From Mobula hypostoma (lineage: Eukaryota): a DNA stretch of 64,000 nucleotides. The position numbers and the translations under genes are program-made. A model generated the notes under the pieces. It saw only the letters and a program-made list of their open reading frames with translations. It was not told the DNA's origin and did no database searches. Positions within the stretch are counted from its first letter, which is position 1. The number at the start of each line of letters is the position of its first letter. Location of the stretch: assembly GCF_963921235.1 (NCBI RefSeq), contig NC_086097.1, forward strand, positions 125,924,001 through 125,988,000, in the 5' to 3' direction. This document shows, one piece after another, positions 39,880 to 52,954 of the stretch.

Positions 39880-40560
39880 CAGCCACCCATCAGGCCCAGC
39901 AAGCCTCGGCGACGAGCCACCTCGGCGCAAACCAGAGCAGTTCCTTTGTGAACCTCCTCCCCCCACCCCCACCCCTTCCCCTTCCCCTTCCCCCTCCCCC
40001 GGGCCTGAGTGCGCACTGCTCACCTGTCGTTGAGCTGATCCTCGGTGCCCGGTAGGGGATGCACCACGAAGTGAATGGACGTCATCGTCGGCTGGAAGGG
40101 GAGAGTAACCGGCCGAACCCGCGCGGCGCTAGCCTAGACTAGGGGGAAAAGAGACCGAAGCAGGGGCCCAGGGAGCGAAAACAAATAGATAAATCAATGC
40201 TGAATGAAGTTAATTCCTTTGAATGTTTTTGAAGCTCCCCAAACGTTTGTAGCCAGACGGCTTATTCTTTTTTTTGGACACCCGCCGCTTCAGCAAGCAG
40301 TCGCCGCCATCTTACTGTTGATGAGCCCTCACAATAAAAGCTACCTCGGTATTGGTTGCGCTCACTCGCCTAACTGCCGCATCTAACAAGCTACGCGATT
40401 GGTCACTGCTGAAGGCGAGTGAAGGAGAAGACGAAAAAAACATTGGGCGCAGTTCAGGTGACGCGTAACTGGCCATGTGACTGCGGGTCAGCCGACGGCC
40501 ATTGTTAGGGGCGGACACATGACAGAAGGAGGGCCTTAAATATCAACTTCAAAGCTCCCC
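39880..40560 (-). promoter_or_regulatory. UBR5: UBR5 CpG-island promoter and 5' UTR
   Basis: CpG-rich against an AT-rich background; YY1 motif GCCGCCATCTT 40303-40313; three CCAAT boxes on the minus strand (ATTGG at 40351, 40398, 40442); CRE-like TGACGC 40459; GC box GGGGCGG 40508. Confidence 0.85.
40024..40085 (-). CDS. UBR5: E3 ubiquitin-protein ligase UBR5, coding exon 1 ([20 protein letters not shown] + AG)
   Basis: Manual translation matches the vertebrate UBR5 N-terminus as I recall it; 62 nt, ends phase 2 at AG|GTGAG donor; lies in a CpG island. Confidence 0.96.
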
Positions 40561-41029
40561 GGTGCCATACACGATTTATGCATCTGTCAAAAATTAATTT
40601 GTTGAAGCAGTCACTCATTAGCAAGTGAATGTTAAAAAGAGCAATTTTAAAAATCTTTCAGAAGGAAGTATGTAATTAGTTTTTGATATCCTTGATAGAA
40701 ATCAAAATCATGTTCATTATCACGGGCATATTGTGTGTGGTTTGGCATCAGAAGGGTGATAGAGGACATTCGGGGTGTTCCCATACTGGAAGACCTGCTG
40801 TCTAATGAAGTCTATGTCTGCAGCATTCAAATCAGGTGATACAAGAAATCGAGATAGGCCCTCCATAAACTATCGGAGATGCTAAGTGGCAACACCAGTA
40901 CAGATTGAGTCCCAGACGAACCATCAGTTGTAGTATCTAGTAGACTACAAAGCAAAGTTGGACAACACATTTTCTTCAGCAGTTTGAACAGGGTACGACT
41001 GTGCAAACGCATGGAGGTCGGCCAGTGAG

Positions 41030-43503
41030 AATAGAAGGGAGAATTTGAAAAGAAGACAGATTTATAGAACGGGCGTCAGAGGAGCGGGAAACAGAGTAGG
41101 AAGGCTTTGGCTCAACGGGGCTTCGGCGATAAAGGGTCAAGGCCAGGTAGGTTATCTGCTTAGAATACAGACAAGATATGTGCGTGAGGCCAGTTTTCTG
41201 TGCTCGGTGTCAGATGTGGGAGGTCCTGGAGACTCCCAGACGACCACATCTGTACCAGGTGTGTTGAGCTGCAGCTCCTTAGGGACCATGTTAGGGAACT
41301 GGAGCTGCCGCTCAGTGACCTTTGTCTGGTCAGGGAGAGTGAGGAGGTGATAGAGAGGAGTTTTAGGAAGGTAGTCAACCCAGGACCACAGGAGGCAGAG
41401 AAGTGGGCAACAGTCAGGAGAGGGAAGGGCAAGAAGCAGGTGCTAGATAGTACCCCAGTGGCTGTCCCCCTTAACAATAAGTTCTCCTGCTTGAGTACTG
41501 TTGGGGGGGATGGCCTACCTGGGGGAAGCAACAGTGGTCGCACCTCTGGCTTAGATTCTGGCCCTGTGGCTCAGAAGGGTAGGGAAAGGAAGAGGATGGC
41601 AGCAGTGATAGGGGACTCAATAGTTAGGGGGTCAGACAGGCGATTCTGTGGATGCAGGAAAGAAACACGGATGCGCTTCCCAGGTGCCAGAGTCTGGGAC
41701 ATTTCTGATCACGTCCACGATATCTTGGTGTGGGAGAACAGCCAGAGGTCGTGGTACATATTGGTACTGACATAGGTAAGAAAAGGGAGGAGGTCCTGAA
41801 AACAGACTACAGGGAGTTAAGAAAGAAGTTGAGAAGCAGGACCGCAAAGGTAGAAATCACGGGATTACTGTCTGTGCCACATGACAGCGAGTATAGGAAT
41901 AGAATGAGATGGAGGATAAATGCGTGGCTGAGGGATTGGAGCAGGGGGCAGGGATTCAGATTTCTGGATCATTGGGACCTCTTCTGGGGCAGTTGTGACC
42001 TGTACAAAAAGGACGGTTTGCACTTGAATCCAAGGGGGACCAATATCCTCGCAGGAAGTTTTGCTAAGGCTATTGGGGAGAGTTTAAACTAGAATTGCAG
42101 GGGGATGGGATCCGAACTGAAGTGACGGAGGAAATGGAGGTTGGCTCACAACTAGAGAAAGCTTGGAGATAGTGCGAAAGGGAGGATAGGCAGGTGATAG
42201 AGAAGGGATACGCTCAGACCGATGGTTTGAGATGTATCTATTTTAATGCAAGGAATATTATGAATAAAGCAGATGAGCTTAGAGCGTGGATCAGCACTTG
42301 GAGCTATGATGTCGTGGCCATTACAGAGACTTGAATGGTGCAGGGGCAGGAATAGCTACTTCAAGTGCCAGTCATTAGATGTTTTAGAAAGGATAGGGAG
42401 GGAGGCAAAAGGGGTGGGGCCATGGCACTGTTGAACAGAGATAGTGTCATGGCTGCAGAAAAGGAGGATTTCATGGAGGGGTTGTCTACGGAGTCTCTGT
42501 GGGTGGAAGTTAGGAATAGGAAGGGGTCAATAACTCTGCTGGGTGTTTCTTATAGACCACCCAATAGTAACAGGGACATCGAGGAGCAGATAGGGAGACA
42601 GATTCTGGAAAGGAGTAATAATAACAGGGTTGTTGTGGTGGGAGATTTTAATTTCCCAAATATTGATTGGCATCTCCCTAGAGTGAGGGGTTTAGATGGG
42701 GTAGAGTTTGTCAGGTGTGTTCAGAAAGGTTTCTTGACACAATATGTAGATAAGCCTACAAGAGGAAAGGCTGTACTTGATCTGGTATTGGGAAATGAAC
42801 CTGGTCAGGTGTCAGGTCTCTCAGTGGGAGAGCATTTTAGAGATAGTGAACACAGTTCTATCTCCTTTACCATAGCATTGCAGAGGGATAGGAACAGACA
42901 AGTTCGGGAAACATTTAATTGGAGTAAGGGGAAATATGAGGCTATCAGGCAGGAAGTTGGAGCATAAATTGGAAACAGATGTTCTCGAGTAAACGTACGG
43001 AAGAAATGTGGCAAATGTTCAGGGGATATTTGCGTGGGGTTCTGCGTAGGTACGTTCCAATGAGACATGGAAAGGATGGTAGGGTACAAGATCTGTGGTG
43101 TACAAAGGCTGTTGTAAATCTAGTCAAGAAGAAAAGAAGAGCTTACGAAAGGTTCAAAACACTAGGTAATGATAGGAATCTAGAAGATTATAAGGCTAGC
43201 AGGAAGGAGCTTGAGAATGAAATTAGTAGAGTCAGAAGGGGCCATGAGAAGGCCTTGGCGGACAGGATTAAGGAAAACCCCAAGGCATTCTACAAGTATG
43301 TAAAGAGCAAGAGGATAAGACGTGAGAGAATAGGACCAATCAAGTGTGTATGGAACTGGAGGAAATAGCGGAGGTACTTAATGAATACTTTGGGTCAGTA
43401 TTCACTACAGAAAAGGATCTTGGCGATTGTAGGGATGACTTACAGTGGACTGAAAAGCTTGAGAAAGTAGATATTAAGGAGGATGTGCTGGAGCTTTTTG
43501 GAA
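41030..43503 (+). mobile_element. CR1 LINE 5' half: ORF1 (Zn finger, SGNH esterase), ORF2 APE and linker; RT missing
   Basis: HICTRC, VIGDSIVRG, HIGT, DGLHLN; YRPPN, GDFNFP, LDLVL, NPKAFYKYV; several stops and frameshifts. Confidence 0.93.
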
Positions 43504-43627
43504 AGCACTCTGTTTGTAAAAAACATCTCTGACTTCCCCCCATAGAGTACTTCCTTCAAATCACCATAAAATTATTCTCCCGCATACTGAACGTTTCCAC
43601 GTTGGGAAAATGACTCTGACTATCCTT

Positions 43628-43990
43628 GGAATGTAGAAGATTAAGGGGAGGTTTGATCGAGGTATACAAAATTATGAGGGGTATAGATAGGGTAAATGCA
43701 AGCAGGCTTTTTCCATTGAGGTTGGGTAAAAGGTGAAAAGTTTAAGGAGCACATGAGGGGAAACTTCTTCTCTCAGAGGGTCGTGAGTGTGTAGTGAGCT
43801 GCCAGCACAAGTGGTGTATGTGAGCTTGATTTCAACATTTAAGAGAAATTTGGATAGGTACATGGATGGTAGGGGTATGGAGGGCTATAATCCCAGTGAA
43901 GGTCGATGGGGATAGGCAGTTTAAATAGTTTGGCATGGACTAGATGGGCCAAAGAGCCTGTTTCTGTGTTGTATTTTTCTCTGACTCTAT
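43628..43990 (+). mobile_element. CR1 3' end nested in an opposite-strand CR1 fragment (43505-44090)
   Basis: RRLRGGLIEVYKI reading and TTTCTCTGACTCTAT tail; the minus-strand fragment resumes on both sides. Confidence 0.7.
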
Positions 43991-44339
43991 CCACTCGATC
44001 TACGACTCTCACCATCTTGTATCAACTTGCCTCTCAGCCTCCTTTGCTCCAAAGGTGGGTTTGCTCAATCTATCCTCATAAGACATTCTAAAAATATATA
44101 CTTGGAGCGCTACTGTTTTGAATAGAGTACTCTATCAGCTCCAAGTCAAGGTCGAGTTTGTTGCCATATGTACGAGCACATGTATGCATGGATGCAACGA
44201 AAAACTTACCTGCAGCACCTTAGGAGGCTCATGTAAACCATGCAAAGCATCTGAATCAGTTTCATAGAAGTTTTGTTGAAAGTTTGATACCCGAAGACAT
44301 CATTAAGTGCTCAAAATGTCTGTGAAAAGAAAAGGTAAG

Positions 44340-44990
44340 AAAGAACAATCACAAAATTCTGGAGGAACTCAGCAGAACAGGTAGCATCTATGGAGGGGAA
44401 TAAGTGGTCAACATTTTGGGCTGAGACCCTTCATCAGAACTAGAAAGGAAGGGGAAAGGAACCAGAATAAGAAGGTAGGGGATGGGAAGGAGTACAAACT
44501 GGTAAGTAATCGGTGAAACTAGGTTAGGGGAAGGTAGGTGGGAAGGCTTATGAAGTGAGAAGCTGGGAGGTGATAGGCAGAAGAGGTAAAGGGCTGAAGA
44601 AGAACAAATCTGACTGGAGAAGACAGTGGACCATGGGAGAACGGGAAGGGAGGGGGGTACCAGATGTACAGTAGGTGATGGGTAAGTGAGGACAAAAGAA
44701 TGGGTAAGAAGAAAGCCAGAATAGGGAATGGAAAAAGTGAGGAGGATGAGGGACAGAAATAACAGAAGTTAGAGAAATCAATGTTCATGCTATCAGCTTG
44801 TAGGATACACAGAGGAATAAGGGGTGTTGCTCCTCCAACCTGAAACTGACCTCATCGTTGCAGTAGAGGATGAGCATGTTGGAATGGGAATGGGAATAGG
44901 AAGTGGAATTAAAATGAGTGACTACCAGGAAAACTCAACTTTGGAGGCGGTTGGAACAAAGATGCTCGTCGAAGTGGTCTTCCGATCAGT
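44340..44990 (-). mobile_element. Older Penelope 3' fragment with decayed hammerhead (~44407-44440)
   Basis: Homologous to 22980-23600 (MNIDFSNF); core reads CTGATGA..CAAAATGTT in place of GAAACGTC. Confidence 0.8.
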
Positions 44991-45597
44991 AGATAGTAGC
45001 AATGAAGGACTGCAGCTATGAAACTAGAGGTTCAGGAAAGAAATTCTCAAATTTTGGGACATAGGGGGCAGCTGCCATGGTGGAATAGGAAAAATCAGGA
45101 TGTTCCAAAGAATAAATTTTAAGAAACTCAGTTGTGTAAGATACTTGAGGGATTGGAGAAATTTATAATGATGTGTGCTATGGGGAGGGGGGGGGTGACA
45201 TGAAAAATTCAGATAGATTAGTGACATCTATCTGAGTGGTAAATAACGTATTAAAGTACAAGCAACATATTTTTGAAAATGTATCAACACGTGAGAAATA
45301 GCATGGAAACAGAACTAACCAAAACACTTTTCCTAAGAACCATCATAGCATTTCCCTCTTTTGTACTATATCATTCTAGGGTTCTATGAGTTGTAGGCTG
45401 CATATTAAGAGATCAGTAATATGGAAACCAAAAGATATTGGTCAATTGATGTGAGGACAAAATGCAGATGGTACAAGAAAGGATTTTGAATGCCCTGAGC
45501 ATAATAAACTGACATGAAGGAACTGAAATGTAAATAACAAAACCTATGAATACTGTTATTTTCCATTCAGACAGTAGTAATTTATATTTACAGTATA

Positions 45598-45885
45598 TGG
45601 AGCGGCAAAGTAGCACAATGCCTTACAGTACAGATGACCCGGATTCAATTCCTGCCGCTGCCTTTAAGGAGTTTGTACTTTCTCCCCCTAACTGTGTGGG
45701 TTTCCTCTGGGAGCTCCAGTTTCCGCCCACAGTCCAAAGACGTACCAGTCAGTAGGTAAATTGGTTTTATTGTAAAATTGTCCCGTGATTAAGCTTGGAT
45801 TAAATCAAGGGATTGCTGGGTGGCGTGGCTCAAACAGCCAGAAGAGCCTATTCCATACTATATCTCAATAAACAAATAAATATTT
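45598..45885 (+). mobile_element. V-domain SINE (HE1-like)
   Basis: B-box-like GGATTCAATTCC, then TGTGGGTTTCC..GCTCCAGTTTCC.CCCACAGTCCAAAGAC core and AAAT-type tail. Confidence 0.75.
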
Positions 45886-45894
45886 ATCAAACAT

Positions 45895-47720
45895 TAAAAC
45901 CTTAGGACATAGGAGCAGAACTAGGCCATTTAGTCCATTGAATTTGCTCTAACATTCAGCCATGGCTGATTTATTTTACTTCTCAACCCCATTTTCCTGC
46001 CTTCTGCCTACAACTTTTGATGCTGTTACTAATCAGGGACTTCTGCTTTAAATCTGCTCTATGACTTGGCTTCCACAGCTGTCTCCAGCAATTAATTCCA
46101 CAGATTCACCACCCTCTAGCTAAAGAAATTCCTTCTCATCTCTGTTCTAAAGAGACATCTTTGTATCCTGAGGCTGTGTCCTCTGATCCTAGATTCCCCC
46201 ACCATTGGAAACATCCGTAAGCCTTTCAATATTCAATAGAATTCTATGAGATCGCCCCTCATTTTTCTAAACTCCAACGAGTACAGACCCAAAACCAACA
46301 ATGCTCCTCATATGTTAATCATTTCACTCCCAGGATCATTCTTGTGAACCTCTGGACTCTCTCCATCCTTTCTTACAGTAGATATGGAGCCCAAAACAAT
46401 GCTCCAAATATGGTCCAAACAATGCCTCATAAAGCCTCAGCATAACATTCTCACATTTATGTTCCAGTCCTCTCAAAATGAATGCTAACATTGCATTTAC
46501 CTTCCTTACTACCAACACATCCTGCAAATTAACCTTTCGGGAATCCTGCACTATGACTTCCAAGTTCCTTTGAACTTAAGAACATACAAAAAAGGAGTGG
46601 AAGTAGGCCATTTGGCCTGTCGAGCCTGCTCCGCCATTCAATAAGATCAAGGCTGATCTTGCCATGGACTCACCTCCACCTAACTGCCTTTTCCCCATAA
46701 CCCCTAATTCTCTTGCTATACAAAAATCTAGCCAACCTTGTCTAAAATATATTTACTAAGGTAGCCTTCACTGCTTCATTGGGCAGAGAATTCCACAGGT
46801 TCGCCACTCTCCGGCAGGAGGAGAAGATGGCGGCGCGACACAGCGCACGCAGCCTCTCCGGTGAAATGATATTGTATTTGTTAAATAGGGTACCGTGCAA
46901 AATTCTGATTTGATGGAGACAGCTGTGAGAAGCACAGAGGAACATCTGGAGAAACTTCTGAAATGCCCGGTTCGCTGCTGCTGCTACTGTGCGATCGAGA
47001 ATCTCCGGAGGGAAGGCCTCAAAATCCTCGGCTTTGCCTGCTGCTGGCGGCCGGGGCTGGGGTCGAAGAGCTCGGCAGAGATAGTGCTCGGTGCTCCGTG
47101 TCGGAGGGCTGGTTGGAGGCTCAAAGTTTACAGACGACTCAGAGTCAGACTGTGGTCGGGCATGGCAGGGAGAGTTTTCTTCCTTCTCCCGTCTGCGTGA
47201 GGTGTGGGACTTTTGAGAGACTTTGAACTTTTTATACCATGCCCATGGCCTGTTCTTCATCAAGTTACGGCATTGCTTGCACTGTTGTAACTATACGTTA
47301 TAATTATGTGGTTTTTGTCAGTTTTTTGGTCTTGGTCTGTCCTGTGTTTCTGTGATATCACACCGGAGGAATATTGTATCATTTCTTAATGCATGCATTA
47401 CTAAATGACAATAAAAGAGGACTGTGTGTCTAATCTAATCTAATCTAATCTAATCTCTGGGTAAAGCAGTACCATCCTAAATCTACTCCCCCGAACCATG
47501 AGGCACCTCTGATTTCTGAAGAATTAGAAGATAGTCTACATCTTTATTCCTTCTACCAGCAAGTATGACCATGTTCTTCCATACACTGTATTCTCTCTTC
47601 CATTTCTTTGACAATTCTCCTAATCTGTTTAAATCCTTCTGCAGACTCCCTGCTTCCTCAACACTACCTGTCCCTCTACCTGTCTTTATCTAATTGGCAG
47701 ATTTGACCAAAAACCATTAA
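45895..47720 (-). mobile_element. Stacked CR1 3' fragments
   Basis: NAMLAFILRGLE and RVANLWNSLP peptides. Confidence 0.7.
46812..47455 (+). mobile_element. Non-coding ~640-bp retroposon with (TAATC)n tail
   Basis: Starts GGAGAAGATGGCGGCG, CpG-rich, ends AATAAA..(TAATC)5; interrupts a CR1 at CCACTCTC|TGGGTAAAG. Confidence 0.7.
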
Positions 47721-47931
47721 TACAGAAATATGTACCCAAAAGCTTCAGAGCTTCAAAGCTTCATTATTAGGCAACACTGAATACTGAGCCACACCAAGAG
47801 ACTAGTGAGAGATTGGCTAGTTGAGAGAATAATCATGAAAACATTGAAATCATTAACCCAAGAGGTTAATTTTAAAAAATGAATGATAGTATCAGGAATA
47901 ATTCAGCAAAGGCAGAGTCAAAAAATAAAAC

Positions 47932-48920
47932 ATTATACTTTATACTTTATTGTCGCCAAACAATTGATACCAGAGTGCACAGTCATCACAGTGATGTTTG
48001 ATTCTGCGCTTCGTGTTCCATGGAGTGCAGATTGGTAGTAAATATTAAAAATTTAAATTATAAATCATAAATAGAAAATAGAAAAGGGAAAGTAAGGTAG
48101 TGCAAAAAAAATCGAGAGGCAGGTCTGGATATTTAGAGGGTACAGCCCAGGTCTGTGTCAGGATCTGTTCAGCAGTCTTATCACAGTTGGAAAGAAGCTG
48201 TTCCCAAATCTGGCCGTATGAGCCTTCAAGCTCCTGAGCCTTCTCCTGGAGGGAAGAGAGATGAAAAGTGTGTTGGCTGGGTGGGTCGTGTCCTTGATTA
48301 TCCTGGCAGCACTGCTCCAACAGCGTGTGGTGCAAAGTGAGTCCAAGGATGGAAGATTGGTTTGTGTGATGTGCTGTGCCGTGTTCACGATCTTCTGCAG
48401 CTTCTTCCGGTCTTGGACAGGACAACCTCCATACCAGGTTGTGATGCACCCTAGAAGAATGCTTTCTACGGTGCATCTATAAAAATTAGTGAGGGTTTTA
48501 GGGGACAGGCCAAATTTCTTCAGTTTTCTCAGGAAGTAAAGGCGCTGGTGGGCCTTCTTGGCAGTAGACTCTGCTTGGTTGGACCAAGTCAGGTCATTTG
48601 TGATATTGACCCCGAGGACCCTAAATCTTTTGACCTGTTCCACTTTTGCACCACAAATGCGGTCCGCTACTCCTTCTGAAGTCAACAACCAATTCCTTCG
48701 TCTTGCTGACGTTGAGGGATAGGTTATTGTCTTCACACCATGCCACCAGGTTCTTAATTTCCTCTCTGTACTCAAACTCATCATTACCTGAGATACGGCC
48801 TACAATTGTGGTGTCATCAGCAAACTTATGTATTGAGTTCGATGGAAACTTGGCTGCACAATCATGGGTGTACAGTCAGTCCAAGGACGGAAGATTGGTT
48901 TGTGTGATGTGTTGTGCTGT
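47932..48920 (-). mobile_element. 5'-truncated Rex1/Babar-type LINE (RT C-terminus and 3' UTR)
   Basis: ORF 48158-48784 with KKAHQRLYFLRKL..FYRCTVESIL..WYG; KFADDT motif near 48810. Confidence 0.88.
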
Positions 48921-49129
48921 TAAGAAATGCTTATAAGGTCCTTATAAACCAACGTGACGAACAGCATGGTTCAGTTAACACGATGTGCCCCTTTGTGTTT
49001 CTTCTTCTTCATGATTTTAAACATTGCCATGATATCACTTCCTTTCCCAAGTGGCACTGAGCTGTGATCTCCATTGAGACTGCTGCTCAGATTTAGTCAG
49101 TTTTTAGGTTTTTCTTATGTTTGTAGGGA

Positions 49130-49680
49130 TGATCATGGGCACTAGCCTCCCCAGCATCGAAGATATCTTCAAATAGCGATACATCATTAACACAGCATCC
49201 ATCATTAAGAAATCCCATCACCAAGGACGTGCTGTCTTCTCATTGCTGCCATCGGGGAGGAGGTACAGGGGTCTGAGGAAACACACTCTACGTTTTAGAA
49301 ACAGGTTTTTACCGCCTCCGCCATCAGATTTCCGAACAGGCGGTGAATCCGTGTACCACACACAAAATGCTGGAGGAACTCAGCAGGCCAGGTTGCAACT
49401 TTTGGGAAAGAAACCACAGTCGATGTTTCCGGCTGAGACCCAGCATTGTGTGTGTGTTGCTTGGATTTCCAGCAACTGCAGATTTTCTCTTGTTTGTGAA
49501 TCCATGTACACTACCTAACTATTCTGTTTTTACAGCTTTCTTTTTGACCTAGTTACTTAATTTAAATTTTTATTATTACTTTTATTGTAATTTATAATTT
49601 TTAAAATTATGTGCTGCTGCTGTAAAACAACAAATTTCAAGACACATGGCAATGATATTAAGCCTGATTCTGATTTTGGC
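49130..49680 (+). mobile_element. Rex-type 3' end carrying a small Penelope pLTR insert (~49357-49497)
   Basis: LPSGRRYRGLR peptide; insert flanked by GTGAATCC(G/A)TGTAC direct repeats. Confidence 0.65.
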
Positions 49681-51569
49681 AGAGAGGGGAATTAGAGATT
49701 GGGCTAGGATTTAGAGGCAGGGATGAAGGGAAAATTACAGGACAGGCCCCAAATCTGCGAATCTGTATGTCTGTTAGAGAAGTTCGGGCCCGGTTACTCC
49801 GAATCCACAGAGCACTGGAGGCTGGAAACCGAGGATGGCCTCTCCTGTGGGATTAGAAGACAGTTTATGTGCATGGGTGGTTGAGAAGGAGGAAGAATGG
49901 GGCTGGTTTTGCTGTTGTTGCTTTTTCACTTGGTGCATGTTGTCCTGTTATTGTTCTGCCAAGCATCATGGGCATGCCATGTTGGCGCCAAGATATGTGG
50001 CGGCATTTGCAGGCTGCCCCCAGCACACCCTTGGGTGTGTTGGTTGTTAATGCAAATGCCACATTTCGCTGTATGTTTCCATGTACTTGTGATATCTGCA
50101 CCTGAATCTGGGGTCACACCTCACCTCACCATTTCCATAATCTAATCCAAGTCAATAACCTATGAATTCCCATTATTGGCCTTTTGCACACCCACTATTC
50201 CCTTAACTTTACCACTGACAGCTGCACCTTGAACTGCGCATACAGTAAAATTCCCTTGCTATACCTTTCCAAATTATATTTACCAAACTATAAAATGATC
50301 ACATTACAGAAAGAAGCTATTTCTTTCTGACCATCAGAATGGATAGTCAGTTAGGAGGAGATGGTTTCCTCAGTGATTGAGGTCTGCTGATGAGGAAGTC
50401 GAGTATCCACTTGCTGAGGGAGGTATATGTCCCCAGGCCTTGAAGCTTGATGATGAGGTTAGATGGGATGATTGTGTTGAAGTTTGAGCTGTAGTTGATG
50501 AACAGCAGATGAACATACAAGTTCCTTTTGTCCTGATGGTCCAGAGGAGAGTTAGAGTCAGAGAAATTGCATCTGCTGTTTACCTGTAGGCTAATTGGAG
50601 GAGATCCAGGCCATCTCTACAGCAAAAGTGGATTTGTGCCATAAAGTCGATAAATGTTCCATCAAATCTATGCAACCTCTAGCAGAGCACTCCCTTCCAC
50701 CATAGCCCTGCAAATTACTTTTGCTCAGATGCTTAACCAATCGTCTTCCAGAGGTCATACTTGATTGTATTTCCATGACACTTACAAACTGTGCATTCTA
50801 GTCCCAGTTATTCTGAGTAAAAATGTTATTCCTTATAATTCTTTTTCCATGGAATCTGTGAACTGTTGTCCATGAACTCTTTTAATGAGAACATCTTCTC
50901 TCCACATACCCTGTTTGAACTAGTCATGATCTTATGCACCTTGATCAAATCTTCTTTGCTCAGAGGATTACAACTTAGCTTCTCCATTTTCCTGTCTTAC
51001 AGCTGCAATTCCTAAACCAGGGAAGCATATCGCCTCTGTTGTGGTTTAGTTCTGAATGATCTTTGTTCATGTTTCTGCATTGATGCTTATATAAACATAT
51101 CAATACTGTGTAGATCAAAAACAATTTGTAAAGTACTTTTGAAATCTTTGTTCATCACTTGTAACAATTTTCTCTTTTTTCTAGTTTATGCATCCTTAAA
51201 AAAAGTCCTTAAAACCTTTCCTCATTGAGACAAAAGTTATCAGGCTTGTAAATACTCACTTTAACTCTGTTTATCTTTTATAAAGCGGGTATTCTCTTTG
51301 GCACAAATCCAGATTCAACAGAGCCTTTAAGTATAACATCTAATTCCTTTCAATTTACTTCCAGATCTTTCAGACCCCTAGGAAAGATTCCACACAGCCC
51401 TGCCTTGGAGTTGAACCAGTTTATTAGATGATATCGTTCATCTCACTCTGCTGCTTTCGAGTTCACCTCTTCTCAAAAAATCTTTATCATTAGTAGACAC
51501 CACTGCAAAATGGCAATTTAATAGTTGTTGCCATTTATTCTTTGCTGGTACTCTGCAATCTGAAATTCA

Positions 51570-52330
51570 TAGAATATAGAAGATAACTGCACAGTACAGG
51601 ACCTTCAACCCACAATGTGTTGCAATCTTTTAACCTACTCCAAGATCTAACACAAGAGGGCACAGTTTTAAGGTGCTTGGAAGCAGGTACTGAGGAAATG
51701 TCAGGGGTAAGTTTTTTACGTGGAGAGTGGTGAGTGCGTGGAATGGGCTGTCAGTGACGGTGGTGGAGGCAGATACAATGGGGTCTTTTAAGAGACTCCT
51801 GGATAGGCACATGTAGCTTAGAAAAATAGAGGGCTATGGGTAACCCGAGGTAATTTCTAAAGTAAGTACATGTTTGGCACAGCATTGTGGGCTGAAGGGC
51901 CTGTATTGTGCTGTAGGTTTTCTGAGTGCTATGTTCTATCAATTTAATCCTTCCCTCCCACATCGTCCTCCATTTTTCTTTCAGCCATGTGCCATTCTAA
52001 GAAGTTTCTTCAATACCTTAATGTATCTGCCTGTACCAAAACGCTTGGCAGTGCATTCCAGTGTATAAAAGAACCTACCTCTGATATCTCTCCTATACAG
52101 TACTTTCATCACGACATCTTAAAGTTATGCTCTTTGTATTAACCATTTCTGCCCTGGGAAAAAGTTCTGGATGTCCACTCAATCGAGAGGTGTATCAATT
52201 TGTACACCTCTATCATCACCTCTCAAGGTCCTTCACTCCAAAGAGAAAAACCCTAGCTCGCTCAGCCTATCCTCACAAGCCATTCACTCTAATCTAAGCA
52301 GTATCCTGGTAAATCTCTTCTGCACTTCCT
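51570..52330. mobile_element. Nested CR1 3' ends in both orientations
   Basis: Plus-strand 51650-51940 (TRGHSFKV..RVVSAWN) inside minus-strand CR1 tails. Confidence 0.65.
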
Positions 52331-52954
52331 CTTAGTGTTGCCATTTTTCTTTAATTGTTCTTTTTACTGCTCTGTAGGTAAAATAACTTGGTGATTTGTA
52401 AAATATCTTACAATATTTTTCTTTCATATTTCCATATCTCACTCTTCACCTTATTTCCCATTGATTCGTGTATGCTTTGGGGTTATTGTGTATTGTGAAT
52501 TTTCTGAATATATTATGTATTCCTTTCCAAGCTGGCTTCAAACTGAGGCTTCATTCTTTTAAGGAATGTCTCCTGTATTGAATTCATCTGTAAAATGTAT
52601 GTCTTGCTATTAAACCACCAAATGCTGTGATATAAGCAATGGATTGGCTAGTATTTGAGAGGACAGATTATAATGACAGGCCAAAAGATGCTTTATTCTG
52701 TTCATTTGAGCCAAGTTCAAAATTCAGAAAGTATTTTGAATTGTAGATCAGTAGTAATATATTCCAGCAAACATGACCACAAATACATTTCCTGTAAATG
52801 TCTGCAAGAAAATTAATCTCTGGGTAGTATATGGTGACATATAAGTACTTTGATAAAAAATTCACTTTGAACTTTGAACTTTGATTTAAATTGCTTTCTC
52901 ATTAACAATTTGATGGTTCATTTAACGTTATTTAATGGTGTTGATCATTTAAAA

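Noticed and set aside
39625..40023. ORFs of 108 and 125 aa near exon 1
   Set aside because: By-products of GC-rich, (CCCCTT)n-containing intron 1 start; no recognisable domain.
44407..44440. Active hammerhead ribozyme
   Set aside because: GAAA core and GUC triplet are mutated.
46742..47263. 173-aa ORF as a gene
   Set aside because: Runs antisense across a retroposon into CR1 sequence; chimeric.
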